From contig CAWALK010000019.1 in NCBI GenBank assembly GCA_963782915.1, forward strand, positions 64,001-128,000: a stretch of DNA of 64,000 bases, given 5' to 3'. Below the pieces are notes generated by a model. It was not told where the DNA came from and ran no database searches. It was given only the letters and a program-made list of their open reading frames with translations. Below are positions 1-10,424 of this stretch, piece after piece. The position numbers were made by a program, and so were the translations under genes. Source of the stretch: an uncultured archaeon (GTDB lineage Archaea; Thermoproteota; Bathyarchaeia; Bathyarchaeales; Bathycorpusculaceae). Each line of letters starts with the position of its first letter. Within the stretch, counting starts at the first letter, position 1.

Positions 1-416
1 TAGCGGAAAGCGATTGGTAGGCAACAAAATCGGTGCATGGGATCGTGTAGTTGCTGACAGGGCGGCTTTGCAAAGCAGCAAAGGTCAACTGGGTTTTAGC
101 TTGCAAAGCATTGATGGGGCTTCGCTTTTTAGGGGGTATGAGCATACGCGGAAACGGTTTTCTTGGGCAGGCTTAAGTTATTCTCTTAAACCTAGGGATG
201 GGGCAGTTCATTATTCGATTGCCCTAAATTGCAAACTTAATTCGTCCCTTACCATAGTTTGATAGAAATAAACTGATGCTAAAATAATATATTATCAAAT
301 ACCAACCAAATTACCCCAATCGAATGCCAGTCAACTGTAGTTTTTTGCGTTGTTTCTTTGCAAACATGGAAAGTTTTTTATGCTTTCTATTCAGAATATG
401 AACGGGTTAGGTATAG

Positions 417-2435
417 GTGGAGTCTATCGATATCACCGAACCGAAGAAACAGCGGGTTCCTTCTCCATCCGATTCCATGAATAACTTGTCGAAAAAGCAG
501 CCTGACATGCAACATTTTTTTGGAAATTTGAATACGAGCAGTCAGCAATTTGGCGTTCTATTCAATAATGCGCCTCAGGGTGTGGCTTTACAAAAAATAA
601 TTTTTGATTCAAACGGTGAACCACAGGATTTTATGGCTATAGCAACAAACAAGGTATATGCACAGATTCTTGATTTGTCCAAAGAGGAAATAGTCAATAA
701 AAAAATGGCTAAATGTTTCCCCTTGATAAGTTTGGGACCTTTGGATTGGCTGGCAATCTATGGAAAAGTCGCCAAAACAGGTAAACCTGAAATGTTTAAT
801 GCTTTATCTAAGGAGAAAAGCTATCAGGTTTACGTTTACAGCTTGAATAAGGACTACTGTGTTTCTGTATTCATAGATGTTTCATCACAGATAGCCGTAA
901 CACAACAAGAATTAGCACAACGAAGAATAACTCAAGAGCAACTTAGAGAAAGCGCCGAGAAATATCAGTGCCTCGTAAAATATGCGCCCACAGGAATCTA
1001 CGAAATAGACTATAACGGCCAAAAATTCAGAAGCGTAAACGATGCCATGTGCCAAGTTCTCGGCTACACCGAACAAGAATTACTATCCATGAACCCCTTG
1101 GATCTCCTGTACCCAGAGAGCAAAAAACGGTTTCAGCAACGAATCCTAAACGTTCTAAACGGAAAAAAAGTCGATGAATCCGTTGAGTACCACATTAAAA
1201 CTAAGAATGGAAGCAGCCTATGGTCCTTGATGCAGGTTAAACTAATCTTCAAAGACGGTAAAATCGATGGTGCCCTGGTAGTGGCTCATGATGTTACTGA
1301 AAGAAAACGTTCAGAACGCGAATTGCTCTCGGCAGAAAAGCGATTCAGAAGACTCTATGAGACCACCCAAGATGGCATTATGGCAAGAGACTTGCATGGA
1401 AAAATGATTGGTTGCAACCCAGCATACGCCAAAATGTTAGGCTATACGCGAAAGGAACTAAGGCACCTCTCAGTTAGGCAGTTGCTACCAGAAAAATGGC
1501 ATGGCCAACGCGATAAAATCGCCTGCAAAGTAATACAAACAGGTCGCTCTATTGTTTTTGAACGTGAATACAAACGAAGGGACGGCTCAATTTTCCCCGC
1601 TTCTGTGCGTACTTGGCGATTAACTGATGGCAAAGGAAAAGTGATAGGAATATGGTCTATCGTTCGAGAAATTAGCGAGCAGAAGCAGCTTCAAAAGAAT
1701 CTTGAAGAGCACGCTGGTGTTCTCCAGAAAATCGTGGAAGACAGAGAAAAACAACTCAAAGATACCGAACGCCTAGTCGCCATCGGCCAAACCGCTGGTA
1801 TGGTTGGCCATGACCTTCGCAATCCCCTACAGACACTAATTGGGGAGTTATACTTAGCCAAAGGTGAAGTAGATTCACTAGGAGAAGGCGAAGCTAAAAC
1901 TAACCTTGCGGAAAGCATCCACTGCATAGAAGAACAAATTCTGTACATGGACAAAATTGTTTCTGATTTGCAGGCGTTTGTGCAGCCTGTTAAAATAGAT
2001 AAAAAACCCGTAAACATCAAAGAACTCGTAAGTGGCGTTCTGGAAACAGTAGCTATCCCAGCTAATATTTCGGTTAATATACAAAACCAAGCAAGCACAC
2101 TGGAGATAAAGGCTGACCCTCAACTTCTAAAAAGGGTATTAATTAATTTGGTCACTAATGCTGTTCAAGCTATGCCCAACGGCGGAAAATTGAGTCTGGG
2201 AACTAAAATGGATTCAGAGGGGTGTACAGCAATATCGGTACAGGATACGGGAGTCGGTATACCTGATAGGATTAAGAAACAGATTTTTACGCCGCTATTC
2301 ACCACTAAACCCCGCGGACAAGGTTTCGGTTTAGCCGTCTGCAAACGCGTCATCGAAGCACACGGCGGAACAATAAATTTCGAAAGCACCGAAGGCCAAG
2401 GGGCATTATTCATACTAGCATTCCCATCAAACTAG
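417..2435 (+). CDS. Multi-PAS sensor histidine kinase
   Basis: PAS/PAC repeats (DVTERKRSE), H-box AGMVGHDLRNPL, N-box NLVTNAVQA, G1 DTGVGI, F-box FTPLFTTK, G2 GQGFGL. Confidence 0.93.
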   Translation: MESIDITEPKKQRVPSPSDSMNNLSKKQPDMQHFFGNLNTSSQQFGVLFNNAPQGVALQKIIFDSNGEPQDFMAIATNKVYAQILDLSKEEIVNKKMAKCFPLISLGPLDWLAIYGKVAKTGKPEMFNALSKEKSYQVYVYSLNKDYCVSVFIDVSSQIAVTQQELAQRRITQEQLRESAEKYQCLVKYAPTGIYEIDYNGQKFRSVNDAMCQVLGYTEQELLSMNPLDLLYPESKKRFQQRILNVLNGKKVDESVEYHIKTKNGSSLWSLMQVKLIFKDGKIDGALVVAHDVTERKRSERELLSAEKRFRRLYETTQDGIMARDLHGKMIGCNPAYAKMLGYTRKELRHLSVRQLLPEKWHGQRDKIACKVIQTGRSIVFEREYKRRDGSIFPASVRTWRLTDGKGKVIGIWSIVREISEQKQLQKNLEEHAGVLQKIVEDREKQLKDTERLVAIGQTAGMVGHDLRNPLQTLIGELYLAKGEVDSLGEGEAKTNLAESIHCIEEQILYMDKIVSDLQAFVQPVKIDKKPVNIKELVSGVLETVAIPANISVNIQNQASTLEIKADPQLLKRVLINLVTNAVQAMPNGGKLSLGTKMDSEGCTAISVQDTGVGIPDRIKKQIFTPLFTTKPRGQGFGLAVCKRVIEAHGGTINFESTEGQGALFILAFPSN

Positions 2436-2734
2436 ACGGCAAAGGCTTTTTGCTCTTTGCGGTCCTGCAGTTTCTGCTTGAGCGTATAGATGAATGCGAT
2501 AAACCAGAATGCCACCGTTGCCCAGCCAAAGGCGAAGCCAATAACGTTTCCGACTAAGTGGTAAGCGAATTCGAAGAAAACCAAAGAAACAAACGTTAAG
2601 AATGAGCCGATAACGCTGTAGCCGCGAAGGGCATTGCGGTTTTTAATTATGGCTCTTAGCATCCAAAGTAGAGCAACAAAGTTTATGATGCATGCAATGT
2701 CCAGGAGCAGGTTGGCTAGCTCTAGTATTTCCAT
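2432..2734 (-). CDS. Small membrane protein (about 3 TM helices)
   Basis: 100 aa, three hydrophobic stretches, basic C-terminus. Confidence 0.7.
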   Translation of the reverse strand: MEILELANLLLDIACIINFVALLWMLRAIIKNRNALRGYSVIGSFLTFVSLVFFEFAYHLVGNVIGFAFGWATVAFWFIAFIYTLKQKLQDRKEQKAFAV

Positions 2735-2878
2735 TCTTTAGTGGTTCCTTTTTAGCCAAAAACGGCGTGCCCTAACTTAAGCTTAGCGCAGTATCAACCA
2801 CTGGCACGTAAATTAGCTTAAATCATTATTTGAGCAGTAATATGTAATTCGGGAAGGGAGAGGGGTGAACAATAAAGA

Positions 2879-3013
2879 ATGATTTCACGAGATTGTGATG
2901 GCTGTGGATTACAAAAGCCATGCATAAAACGTTACCGCAAAGTAAACCTGTTCGAGAAAGTCTACTGTCCAGATGGAACAGCTCATTTGGTAGACGAAGC
3001 CAGCCTAGCGTAA
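2879..3013 (+). CDS. 44-aa Cys/His-rich microprotein (putative zinc-binding), not in ORF track
   Basis: Translated by hand: MISRDCDGCGLQKPCIKRYRKVNLFEKVYCPDGTAHLVDEASLA*; SD-like GGGGTGA upstream. Confidence 0.6.
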   Translation: MISRDCDGCGLQKPCIKRYRKVNLFEKVYCPDGTAHLVDEASLA

Positions 3014-3216
3014 CTGCAAGGCAAAACAGCACAATTGAAGTAGCCTAAGTACTTCTGTCCCACAGCTTTACTAAATAACTAAGATTTTCAACAATTTTTC
3101 TCTGTTTTTTGACTTAAACAACCTTATTGATGTGTGTTTCTAATTTTTAGAACAGATCAATTCTGGAAAAATTATATATAGAAAGCATACGGAACAGAGG
3201 GTAACTGAGGCATAAG

Positions 3217-3885
3217 ATGAAGACACAAAAAGTGGCAGTAACATTAACAATCTTAGCTGTAGTTTTTCTATCAATCGGCGTGGTCTCTGCTGCTCTTTCA
3301 GCAAGCGACGCAACAATAACCGCCCAATTATCCAATACGGCACCCAAACCAGGTAACGGAGTGACTGTTTCCGTAACCTTCCAAAGTCATGTTTCACAGG
3401 AACTGAAAATTTATGTTTATGGTATACATGCTGATTGGATGGCTAGCGCAGACGATTTTCAGGGACCCAACTTATCTAACGCTCCCGCTACCGTTGAAGC
3501 CAACGGCCAATATACTGGTTCATTCCTACTCCTTATTCCAACAACTGCAAGCATCGGATCACATACGTACTATATCGGTGTCGACGGCGTAGACGCGTCA
3601 GGCAACACTTTCTCGCTTAACTCTGCTGAAGCAACTATACAAGTTGTCGCTGCTACCAGCACTCAAACAGCAGGTCCAAGCGGCAGCGGAGGGCAGACAG
3701 CAGCTTTACCCGATTGGGCACCCTATCTAATCATCGTCGCAGTCGTGGTAATCGTAGTTGTGTTAGTCTTTATTCTGTTGAAACGAAATAAACGAAAACC
3801 GAAAGCAGCCGCTCCAGCAACTATGCAACCAACTGAAAATCCCTCTGAACCGCCAAAGCCTGAAGAGAAAGACTTCACAATTTAA
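3217..3885 (+). CDS. Secreted, C-terminally anchored surface protein (Ig-like fold likely)
   Basis: Signal peptide, beta-rich core, T/G/S linker, TM helix followed by KRNKRK; T-rich tract after the stop. Confidence 0.8.
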   Translation: MKTQKVAVTLTILAVVFLSIGVVSAALSASDATITAQLSNTAPKPGNGVTVSVTFQSHVSQELKIYVYGIHADWMASADDFQGPNLSNAPATVEANGQYTGSFLLLIPTTASIGSHTYYIGVDGVDASGNTFSLNSAEATIQVVAATSTQTAGPSGSGGQTAALPDWAPYLIIVAVVVIVVVLVFILLKRNKRKPKAAAPATMQPTENPSEPPKPEEKDFTI

Positions 3886-3954
3886 ACTCCTTTTTTCTTA
3901 ATTTATTCATACAAGTTATCTTTTGAAAAAGCCTTATAGCCACACAATCCATTT

Positions 3955-4662
3955 ATGTTGGCTATACAGTGGCGGGCTTTGAGGGCGACCAGAAGCAAAC
4001 CAATTCAAGCTGCAACGGCAGCATTATTCATTGTAGCCACGGTACTCTCTTTATTATGCGGTAACGTTCAAGCCCAAAACCCATCAACCTTTACATCCAC
4101 TGACCGATTTGACATCCCGCAATTGAATGGTTCGATTCGATTCGGCTACAACGGTTCCTACGCATCCGCAACACTGGCGAATGACACATGGGTTTTTACT
4201 AACTTAACACTCAACAACTTTTCACGTCCTGGCACCTTCAAAGTTTCAGTCCAGAACTCAAACATAACCATATACTCTTTTTCCCTGGTCTTTTTTAACC
4301 AATCCCGAATTTCCATTAGATACAACGCCCAAGGCGCAGGACAACAATTCTTTGATTTTGGCTTAAACAAGTCCGTGCCAACCCAACAAAGCGAATGGTC
4401 AGTCATTATCCCCGGCAGCGTTTTCTTAGCTAACGGCCAAGGCTGGAAACTTCAATCGGATAACACAGTCATCGTAACTGGTCAAACCGGTAACATTTCT
4501 GTCTCTCGATTCAACTTTGGTGTCCCCAACGATAGTAATTTACCCTTTTATGAGCGGCACTCCGTTGCATTAGTCACGATTGCTATCGTGGCAGCTACAG
4601 TGGCGGTTGCAGCAATAATCAGCGTTAAAGTGAGGAAACACAAAGATGTCAATGGTAACTGA
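3955..4662 (+). CDS. Membrane-anchored extracellular protein
   Basis: N-terminal signal/TM, many N-x-S/T sequons, C-terminal TM; overlaps the next gene. Confidence 0.75.
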   Translation: MLAIQWRALRATRSKPIQAATAALFIVATVLSLLCGNVQAQNPSTFTSTDRFDIPQLNGSIRFGYNGSYASATLANDTWVFTNLTLNNFSRPGTFKVSVQNSNITIYSFSLVFFNQSRISIRYNAQGAGQQFFDFGLNKSVPTQQSEWSVIIPGSVFLANGQGWKLQSDNTVIVTGQTGNISVSRFNFGVPNDSNLPFYERHSVALVTIAIVAATVAVAAIISVKVRKHKDVNGN

Positions 4663-5893
4663 AAACTCGCCCTACCTAGTACTACCAATATACGCCATAA
4701 TAGTTGCAATTGGCATTATCTTAATCCTCAAATTATCCAAGGATAAAACCCGCAAAATCAGTACTTTGCGAACTTTTGTTCAAGTGGCCGCAGTCGTCGC
4801 TATCTTCATGGGCTTACTTATTGGTCCATTTAACGTTCCACTCTTTGCTCCTTTGGGTCCTTCACCCCGTGACAACCTATTAGGCGCTGATCTCTTGGGC
4901 AATCAATTTCCCGATGGCATTTCTGTACCGTTTTTGGCCTGTTATTATCCCAACGGGCGCACCGTGACTTGTGCACTTTGGCAACTTCAAGCCTACATTT
5001 TTCCATTCTGGGATTATCCCAGAGGGTATCAGGTAAACTATTCTACTCCTGGGTTAGAAAAGTTAGCTATCGTTGTCGGTTCGTTGGTTGCCTTCGCCCT
5101 AGTTGTGGGGCGATGGGGCTGTGGTTGGCTCTGTCCATTTGGCCTCTATCAAGACATACTTACAAGAATACGGAAATCTGTGCGGTTAAAGCATCTGAGT
5201 ACATCTGCGAAAACCAACAAGAAACTTGGGCAAGTTAGCTATGTGATAATTGCTGTGTCTTTGCTTTTAAGTGTAATCTTTGCTTCTTACGCTATTTTTG
5301 GTACTGAACTTATTCCGGGAACTATACCGGGTGGCCCTGAGGGAACTGAAGCTGGCATTGTGAGTAACATTAATCAACCGTTCTGCCTGGTTTGCCCAGC
5401 AAGACCACTATGTATTGCTATTGAAGCCGGCATTGGAGCATTGAATTGGTCTTATATCTCTCAGATAGCGTATGGGCCATTTTGGATAAGCGGCTTCTAC
5501 TTAACTTCAATAAACGTCGCTGTACTCATCGCAGTTTCAATCATAGCCTTTGCTTACCGTAGGGCTTGGTGCCGAATCTGTCCGGTAGGTGGCTTATCCG
5601 CTTTGTTTAGTAGCTTTACACCGTTTAAGCAGATTGCCCTGACAAAACTTGAGAAGGATGAGACGAAATGCACTAAATGCGGTGTCTGCAAACGCGTTTG
5701 CCCCACTCAAGCCACCGATATGTACGAGAAGAAAGGCGGCGACGTCACTGAATCCCGATGTATACTCTGCGCACGCTGTGTCGAAATCTGCCCCTACGAT
5801 GATGCTTTGAAACTCAAGTTCGCAGGCAAAACCTTGGCTAGGTCACGGAATTGGCTGGAGAAATCAGGTGCTGACGTTGCGAATGCAAGTTAG
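4646..5893 (+). CDS. Membrane 4Fe-4S binding protein (NapH/MauN-like)
   Basis: GRWGCGWLCPFG and RAWCRICPVG motifs, TM helices, C-terminal 2x CxxCxxCxxxCP ferredoxin domain. Confidence 0.88.
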   Translation: MSMVTENSPYLVLPIYAIIVAIGIILILKLSKDKTRKISTLRTFVQVAAVVAIFMGLLIGPFNVPLFAPLGPSPRDNLLGADLLGNQFPDGISVPFLACYYPNGRTVTCALWQLQAYIFPFWDYPRGYQVNYSTPGLEKLAIVVGSLVAFALVVGRWGCGWLCPFGLYQDILTRIRKSVRLKHLSTSAKTNKKLGQVSYVIIAVSLLLSVIFASYAIFGTELIPGTIPGGPEGTEAGIVSNINQPFCLVCPARPLCIAIEAGIGALNWSYISQIAYGPFWISGFYLTSINVAVLIAVSIIAFAYRRAWCRICPVGGLSALFSSFTPFKQIALTKLEKDETKCTKCGVCKRVCPTQATDMYEKKGGDVTESRCILCARCVEICPYDDALKLKFAGKTLARSRNWLEKSGADVANAS

Positions 5894-5900
5894 TCCGCTT

Positions 5901-5933
5901 TGTTCTAGAACATTCTGATGTTGTTCTAGAAAA
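5901..5933. promoter_or_regulatory. Tandem palindromic operator-like site
   Basis: TGTTCTAGAACA (perfect palindrome, 5901-5912) and TGTTCTAGAAAA (5922-5933), offset 21 bp, upstream of the radical SAM gene. Confidence 0.5.
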
Positions 5934-5989
5934 TCAGCCAAATTTTCCTATTCAGAGGCTGCAAGATACATTTTTAAGTCTGGGAGAAT

Positions 5990-6817
5990 ATGCATTTAAT
6001 TATGGGCTCCAAGCAAATAAGCGCTGGAGACCGAGCGAACACTTTTTACTCAAGCGAATATATGGAGTTTACATTAGCCATCGGTTGCCCCGTAAACTGC
6101 CATCGGTACTGCCCCCAAGAGGTACTGTTGCAGAATTATGGAAAAGCAACCAGGCGAATGACGCTTGAAAGTTTTAAAAAAATGCTCGCGAACGTCCCTA
6201 GCCGAATAGCAATCGATTTTTCTGGGTTCTGCGAACCAGCTGTTAATCCGCAATTCTCTGAAATGGTGAAGTATGCATACGATCAAGGCTACCGTGTTCA
6301 TGTAGCGACTACGTTGCAGGGTGCTTCCAGCCAAACCGTGAAGGACCTGCTTGATATTCACTACGAAGGCTTCGTATTGCACTTGCCAGACGGCAAAAAC
6401 GCGAATATGCAGCTTACTGAGGAATACAAAAACAACGTTTTCCAAGTCATGCAGGGCATCCCAAACATACAGTACATCACTATGAATGAACTCTTCGTCA
6501 GCAACCAACGGGAAAAAATCTGTCGCGGGGAACTGCCTAAAGCGAAACGTTTGGGTGTCTGCCGAAAAACCAGTACGCCGCAATTCGTTGTTTTACCCGA
6601 CGGCAGAGTGCAAACCTGTGACATGGATTTCAAACTTGAACATACCGTAGGCAACCTTCTCACCGACAAATACGAGGCGTTGGTTAAACAGTTCCGTGCA
6701 GAGCAGCGTACGTATGATTTGTGTCATTACTGCACCAAATATTACCCCATAGACAAGTACATCGTGTATAACGTGGCGAACAGGTTGGGGTATTTCAACA
6801 GGGGCAAATGGATGTAG
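5990..6817 (+). CDS. Radical SAM protein with SPASM/twitch domain
   Basis: CPVNCHRYC cluster motif, FSGFCEP (GGEP-like), C-terminal C..VLPDGRVQTC..GNL..CHYC. Confidence 0.8.
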   Translation: MHLIMGSKQISAGDRANTFYSSEYMEFTLAIGCPVNCHRYCPQEVLLQNYGKATRRMTLESFKKMLANVPSRIAIDFSGFCEPAVNPQFSEMVKYAYDQGYRVHVATTLQGASSQTVKDLLDIHYEGFVLHLPDGKNANMQLTEEYKNNVFQVMQGIPNIQYITMNELFVSNQREKICRGELPKAKRLGVCRKTSTPQFVVLPDGRVQTCDMDFKLEHTVGNLLTDKYEALVKQFRAEQRTYDLCHYCTKYYPIDKYIVYNVANRLGYFNRGKWM

Positions 6818-6830
6818 GGCGGCAGTTATA

Positions 6831-7076
6831 CTACGGCCCAGACGAATTAGCCTTCTCAATAGCTTTCTGCTTAAGCTCTTCGGTTGCGAACAACTCTACT
6901 TTGCCGCAGTTTGGGCAAACAAACACATACATCGGAATCATTTTTTCGCCAAGCTCAGCCCATTCGCCGAAGAATAGTTTGGCGCCGCCGCTGGTTCCGC
7001 CGACTCTGAATTCCGCTGTATAAACGTACTGTGCGTTTTGTCCGCAGTAGCTGCATTTCCTGATGTTTCCGCTCAC
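6831..7076 (-). CDS. Small zinc-ribbon protein
   Basis: CSYC and CPNCGKVELF motifs. Confidence 0.75.
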   Translation of the reverse strand: MSGNIRKCSYCGQNAQYVYTAEFRVGGTSGGAKLFFGEWAELGEKMIPMYVFVCPNCGKVELFATEELKQKAIEKANSSGP

Positions 7077-7079
7077 GGA

Positions 7080-7781
7080 TTATTCCTCTTGGGCTTCAGG
7101 GTTGTTTAGGTTGAGTGCTGCGCCGCATTGTTTGCAGAAAAGTGACTCCGCTCTATTGGCTGTTTGGCATGACTTGCAAGCGACATCTGAGGCGCCAGCT
7201 ATGGTTTGTGTTTTTATTTTTTGGCCGCAGTTCACGCAACAGACAGCATCTAAATCATTTTCTTGGCCGCAGCTATCGCAAACCACCATTGATAGTATCC
7301 CTTGGATGTCTCTCCAGTTGCCCGCAACCTCAAGTTTACTACTCAACGGCTCAATCTTTGACAGCAAATCGATTAGTTGCTTGAACTGCATTTCGTCAGG
7401 GATAAACTTGGATTCGGAGTCTTGGCTCAAAATCGCAAACTTGGGTTTCTTCCCCCAAACAAGACGTAGTTCCTCAATTTCGTCGTAGGTGTAGTAGCAG
7501 TTTTTTTTGCTAAGCTTCAAAATGTCACTGATTGGCATGCGGCTGAGTTCTTCCTCTACCGTCTCGACTTCACTTCTACTCTCTACATACGTTAATGATG
7601 GAGTGATAGCGGCTGATGCGGAAGGAAAACTGCGTAGCATGCCATTGCCTGATCGGTTGGCGCTTCCCATAAAAACTATAGCAATACGCTTATCGGTGAA
7701 GTAAAGGTCGTATCTGCTGTCGGTATCGAGTGGTAAAACGATGTCTTTGATGATGCCTAACCGCTTTTCTGGATTTGACAT
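7080..7781 (-). CDS. Double zinc-ribbon domain protein
   Basis: C-terminal CDSC/CVNC and CKSC/CKQC pairs; N-terminal YFTDKRI (PH-like). Confidence 0.8.
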   Translation of the reverse strand: MSNPEKRLGIIKDIVLPLDTDSRYDLYFTDKRIAIVFMGSANRSGNGMLRSFPSASAAITPSLTYVESRSEVETVEEELSRMPISDILKLSKKNCYYTYDEIEELRLVWGKKPKFAILSQDSESKFIPDEMQFKQLIDLLSKIEPLSSKLEVAGNWRDIQGILSMVVCDSCGQENDLDAVCCVNCGQKIKTQTIAGASDVACKSCQTANRAESLFCKQCGAALNLNNPEAQEE

Positions 7782-7997
7782 TTTGAGGCCTCAAGGTGTT
7801 TATGTGTCTGCGCAATCTTAAGGTTTTGTTACATTTTGGAATATGACCAGAAGACTGTAAAGATTATTTGGATTTTTTATCCTGCCAAGGGTGCTCTCGG
7901 ACGACCCACATTTTATTACGTTAAAGATGAATCAAACGCGTCTGGATTTAATCACTAAATAATAAAAAACCTTAAAAATACAGCAAACTATTATCGC

Positions 7998-8324
7998 TTG
8001 ATAACAATGAGTGCATCATTTACAATCGGGGTCTCGGTAACAGTTATAGTTGTTTTAATCGTAATTTATCTTGTTTTTCCCCGCGTTAGAGGGCTTCATT
8101 ACACTTCGAGGTTAACCTGCCCCAAATGCGGCAAACAGTTTGATTATAACTGGGTTCCCGGAGGTTCATTGAGCGCCGTTCGGCTTGGGAGTGAGCGTTA
8201 TCTGTCTTGCCCAAACTGCCATAGATGGTCAACTTTTGAAATAGTCAAAACCCGCATAAAGAAGGATAAGCAGGTAGCAGTTAACTCGGAACCTAACGTT
8301 TCCCCTGACACAGGGCAGGTTTAG
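7998..8324 (+). CDS. Membrane-anchored zinc-finger protein
   Basis: N-terminal TM, CPKC and CPNCH motifs. Confidence 0.75.
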   Translation: MITMSASFTIGVSVTVIVVLIVIYLVFPRVRGLHYTSRLTCPKCGKQFDYNWVPGGSLSAVRLGSERYLSCPNCHRWSTFEIVKTRIKKDKQVAVNSEPNVSPDTGQV

Positions 8325-8377
8325 TCCTCGATATTTGTTATCAAACTTGGAAAAATATCACGTTAAGAGAATTTAAT

Positions 8378-8455
8378 TGGTGGACGGAGCGGGATTTGAA
8401 CCCGCGGCCTCTGCAATGCCAATGCAGCGTTCATACCAAGCTGGACTATCCGCCC
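8378..8455 (-). tRNA. tRNA-Ala(GGC)
   Basis: Cloverleaf: acceptor GGGCGGA/TCCGTCC with G3:U70, anticodon arm CTGCA-TTGGCAT-TGCAG, T-loop TTCAAAT, encoded CCA. Confidence 0.95.
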
Positions 8456-8667
8456 ACTTTTTTGTCTGGCTTCAGAAAACTAAGCCACCTCGTTTAATAA
8501 GCATTTCTTTAGGTGAGTGGGGAAGCCACCGCAAAAGCAGGTGCCTTTGCTTGTTAAGAAGCGGTTTTGGGGTCTGTCGTGTTACCCACCGTAGAGGCTG
8601 AGGGAATTGCTCTAACAGTTTTGCGAGCTCAAAAAAATAAAAGGAGACAATTGGGAATTTGTAACCG

Positions 8668-9180
8668 TTAACCTTTAACCAAGATGTTTCCTGAACTTAG
8701 AGGTGTAGGTTCAGCTGAGCATTGCACTTGCCCCTGAGGATTCACCAAAGTCACCCCGATCATGTCTGCGCCTGCTCCGCCGTCGATGGCTGTTACGGTA
8801 AATGTCCATCCGCCACTCCATGGCATGTTATTCATTTTGACAAATGCTAACCCAGTGAAGACCGCTTCCAAGCCCTCTGGAACTGCCTCGACGCTTAAAC
8901 TGGTGATTCTGGTGCTAACAATGATAGTATCAATTTGCCCATCATGTTTACAGACTAAATTGAAGGTGCCCTGAGGTGCACATCTAAAGTTCTCTTGGAC
9001 GCTGAAGCTAAAATAATGTGTATGGGGAACGCCGTCATGGTCGTGGACGAAGACTCCTGCGCCTATGGCGATGTCTTTTCTGACGGTTTGATTGTTTGTG
9101 GGGGTTGCGCTTGCCGTAGCAATTAGTGTTGTCAGTAGCAATATGCCGATGAAGGCAAAAATTAGTGGTTTGGTTTTCAA
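8668..9180 (-). CDS. Secreted hypothetical protein
   Basis: Signal peptide MKTKPLIFAFIGILLL...ASA; beta-rich. Confidence 0.7.
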   Translation of the reverse strand: MKTKPLIFAFIGILLLTTLIATASATPTNNQTVRKDIAIGAGVFVHDHDGVPHTHYFSFSVQENFRCAPQGTFNLVCKHDGQIDTIIVSTRITSLSVEAVPEGLEAVFTGLAFVKMNNMPWSGGWTFTVTAIDGGAGADMIGVTLVNPQGQVQCSAEPTPLSSGNILVKG

Positions 9181-9354
9181 AAACTTGTTCTCCTATCTTT
9201 TTAGCCAATTTCTGTTTGGTGTGTTTGCTATTATTGGTTTGTTGGCGGCAGTCAGCTACAACGGTGGAAAGTTGGGGCTGGGTTTGTTGGTTTGTTTGGG
9301 CTTTTAGAAAAATTTACATAGACTTCGATTCTATTCAGAAGGTAGGGTGCTGTT

Positions 9355-10324
9355 GTGACGGCTGTGGTTGATTGGCTTTTAGATGGCGAGGCTTTTGTTG
9401 AGTATAATACCCGTGTCGGTTTGCGTGGGGCAATCAGAGAATGAGCCTGAAGTTGTTGTGGCAAAGAGGCGGATGATTGAAGACCCCAAAATCCAGCTTT
9501 TACTGCAGGAATTACAGGGTTGGCCCGGAATAGTCCTAAACAGCCACAAAAGCGCCAGCCAACCTTTCCACAAACTCTCATTCATCGCAGACATAGGACT
9601 AACCAAAGACAACCCCGATGTAGCCCTGATTGCAGAAAAGATTTTCCAGCATCAATCAGACGAAGGCCCCTTTCAGTTGCCGACGAATGTGCCAAAGCAT
9701 TTCGGCGGCTCAGGCACCGACACTTGGGCTTGGGCTCTTTGCGATGCCCCAGTCATCCTTTATTCTCTGGCCAAATTTGGGTACGGCAGCGATCCGCGGG
9801 TGCAGAGGGCGGCGGCGTATCTGGCTGGTTTAGCTTCTGAGAACGGGTGGCACTGCACTGTCTCCAAAGAACTCGGTAACTTCCGAGGTCCTGGACGAAA
9901 AGAAGACCCCTGCCCCTACGCAACATTGGTTATGCTAAAGATGCTAACCCAATTTGACACCTACAAAAACAGCAAAGCAGTCCATGACGGCGCCGAGTGT
10001 CTACTTAATCTGTGGCAGAACAGCTTGACGCTTCATCCCTACATTTTCTATATGGGCACAGACTTCCGCAAGCTTAAAGCCCCGTTTATTTGGTATGATT
10101 TGTTGCATGTGTTGGATGTGCTTTCTCAGTTTAGTTGGCTAAAAGATGACCCCCGACTATTGGATATGGCGGGTTTGGTGCGATCGAAGGCTGATGCGGA
10201 GGGCAAGTTTACTCCCGAATCCGAGTGGCAGGCGTGGCGGGGCTGGGATTTCGGGCAAAAAAAGCAGCCCTCACGGTGGCTTACTTTTCTGGTGCTACGC
10301 ACCCTTAAGCGACTTGAATCTTGA
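9355..10324 (+). CDS. Alpha/alpha-barrel (prenyltransferase/squalene cyclase-like) conserved hypothetical protein; N-terminal frameshift
   Basis: GTG at 9355 gives MTAVVDWLLDGEAFVEYNTRV, joined to ORF 9383 by a 1-nt shift; repeats QSDEGPF, NGWHC, PFIWYDLLHVL, PSRWLT. Confidence 0.6.
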
Positions 10325-10424
10325 CTGAAAGTAGTACAAGTCTAAAGAAACGCTATAGCCATATTAAATTCGAATACCTAATTAAAATTGGGTTTATTGC
10401 CTCTTCTAAGAGGTTACGAAAATA

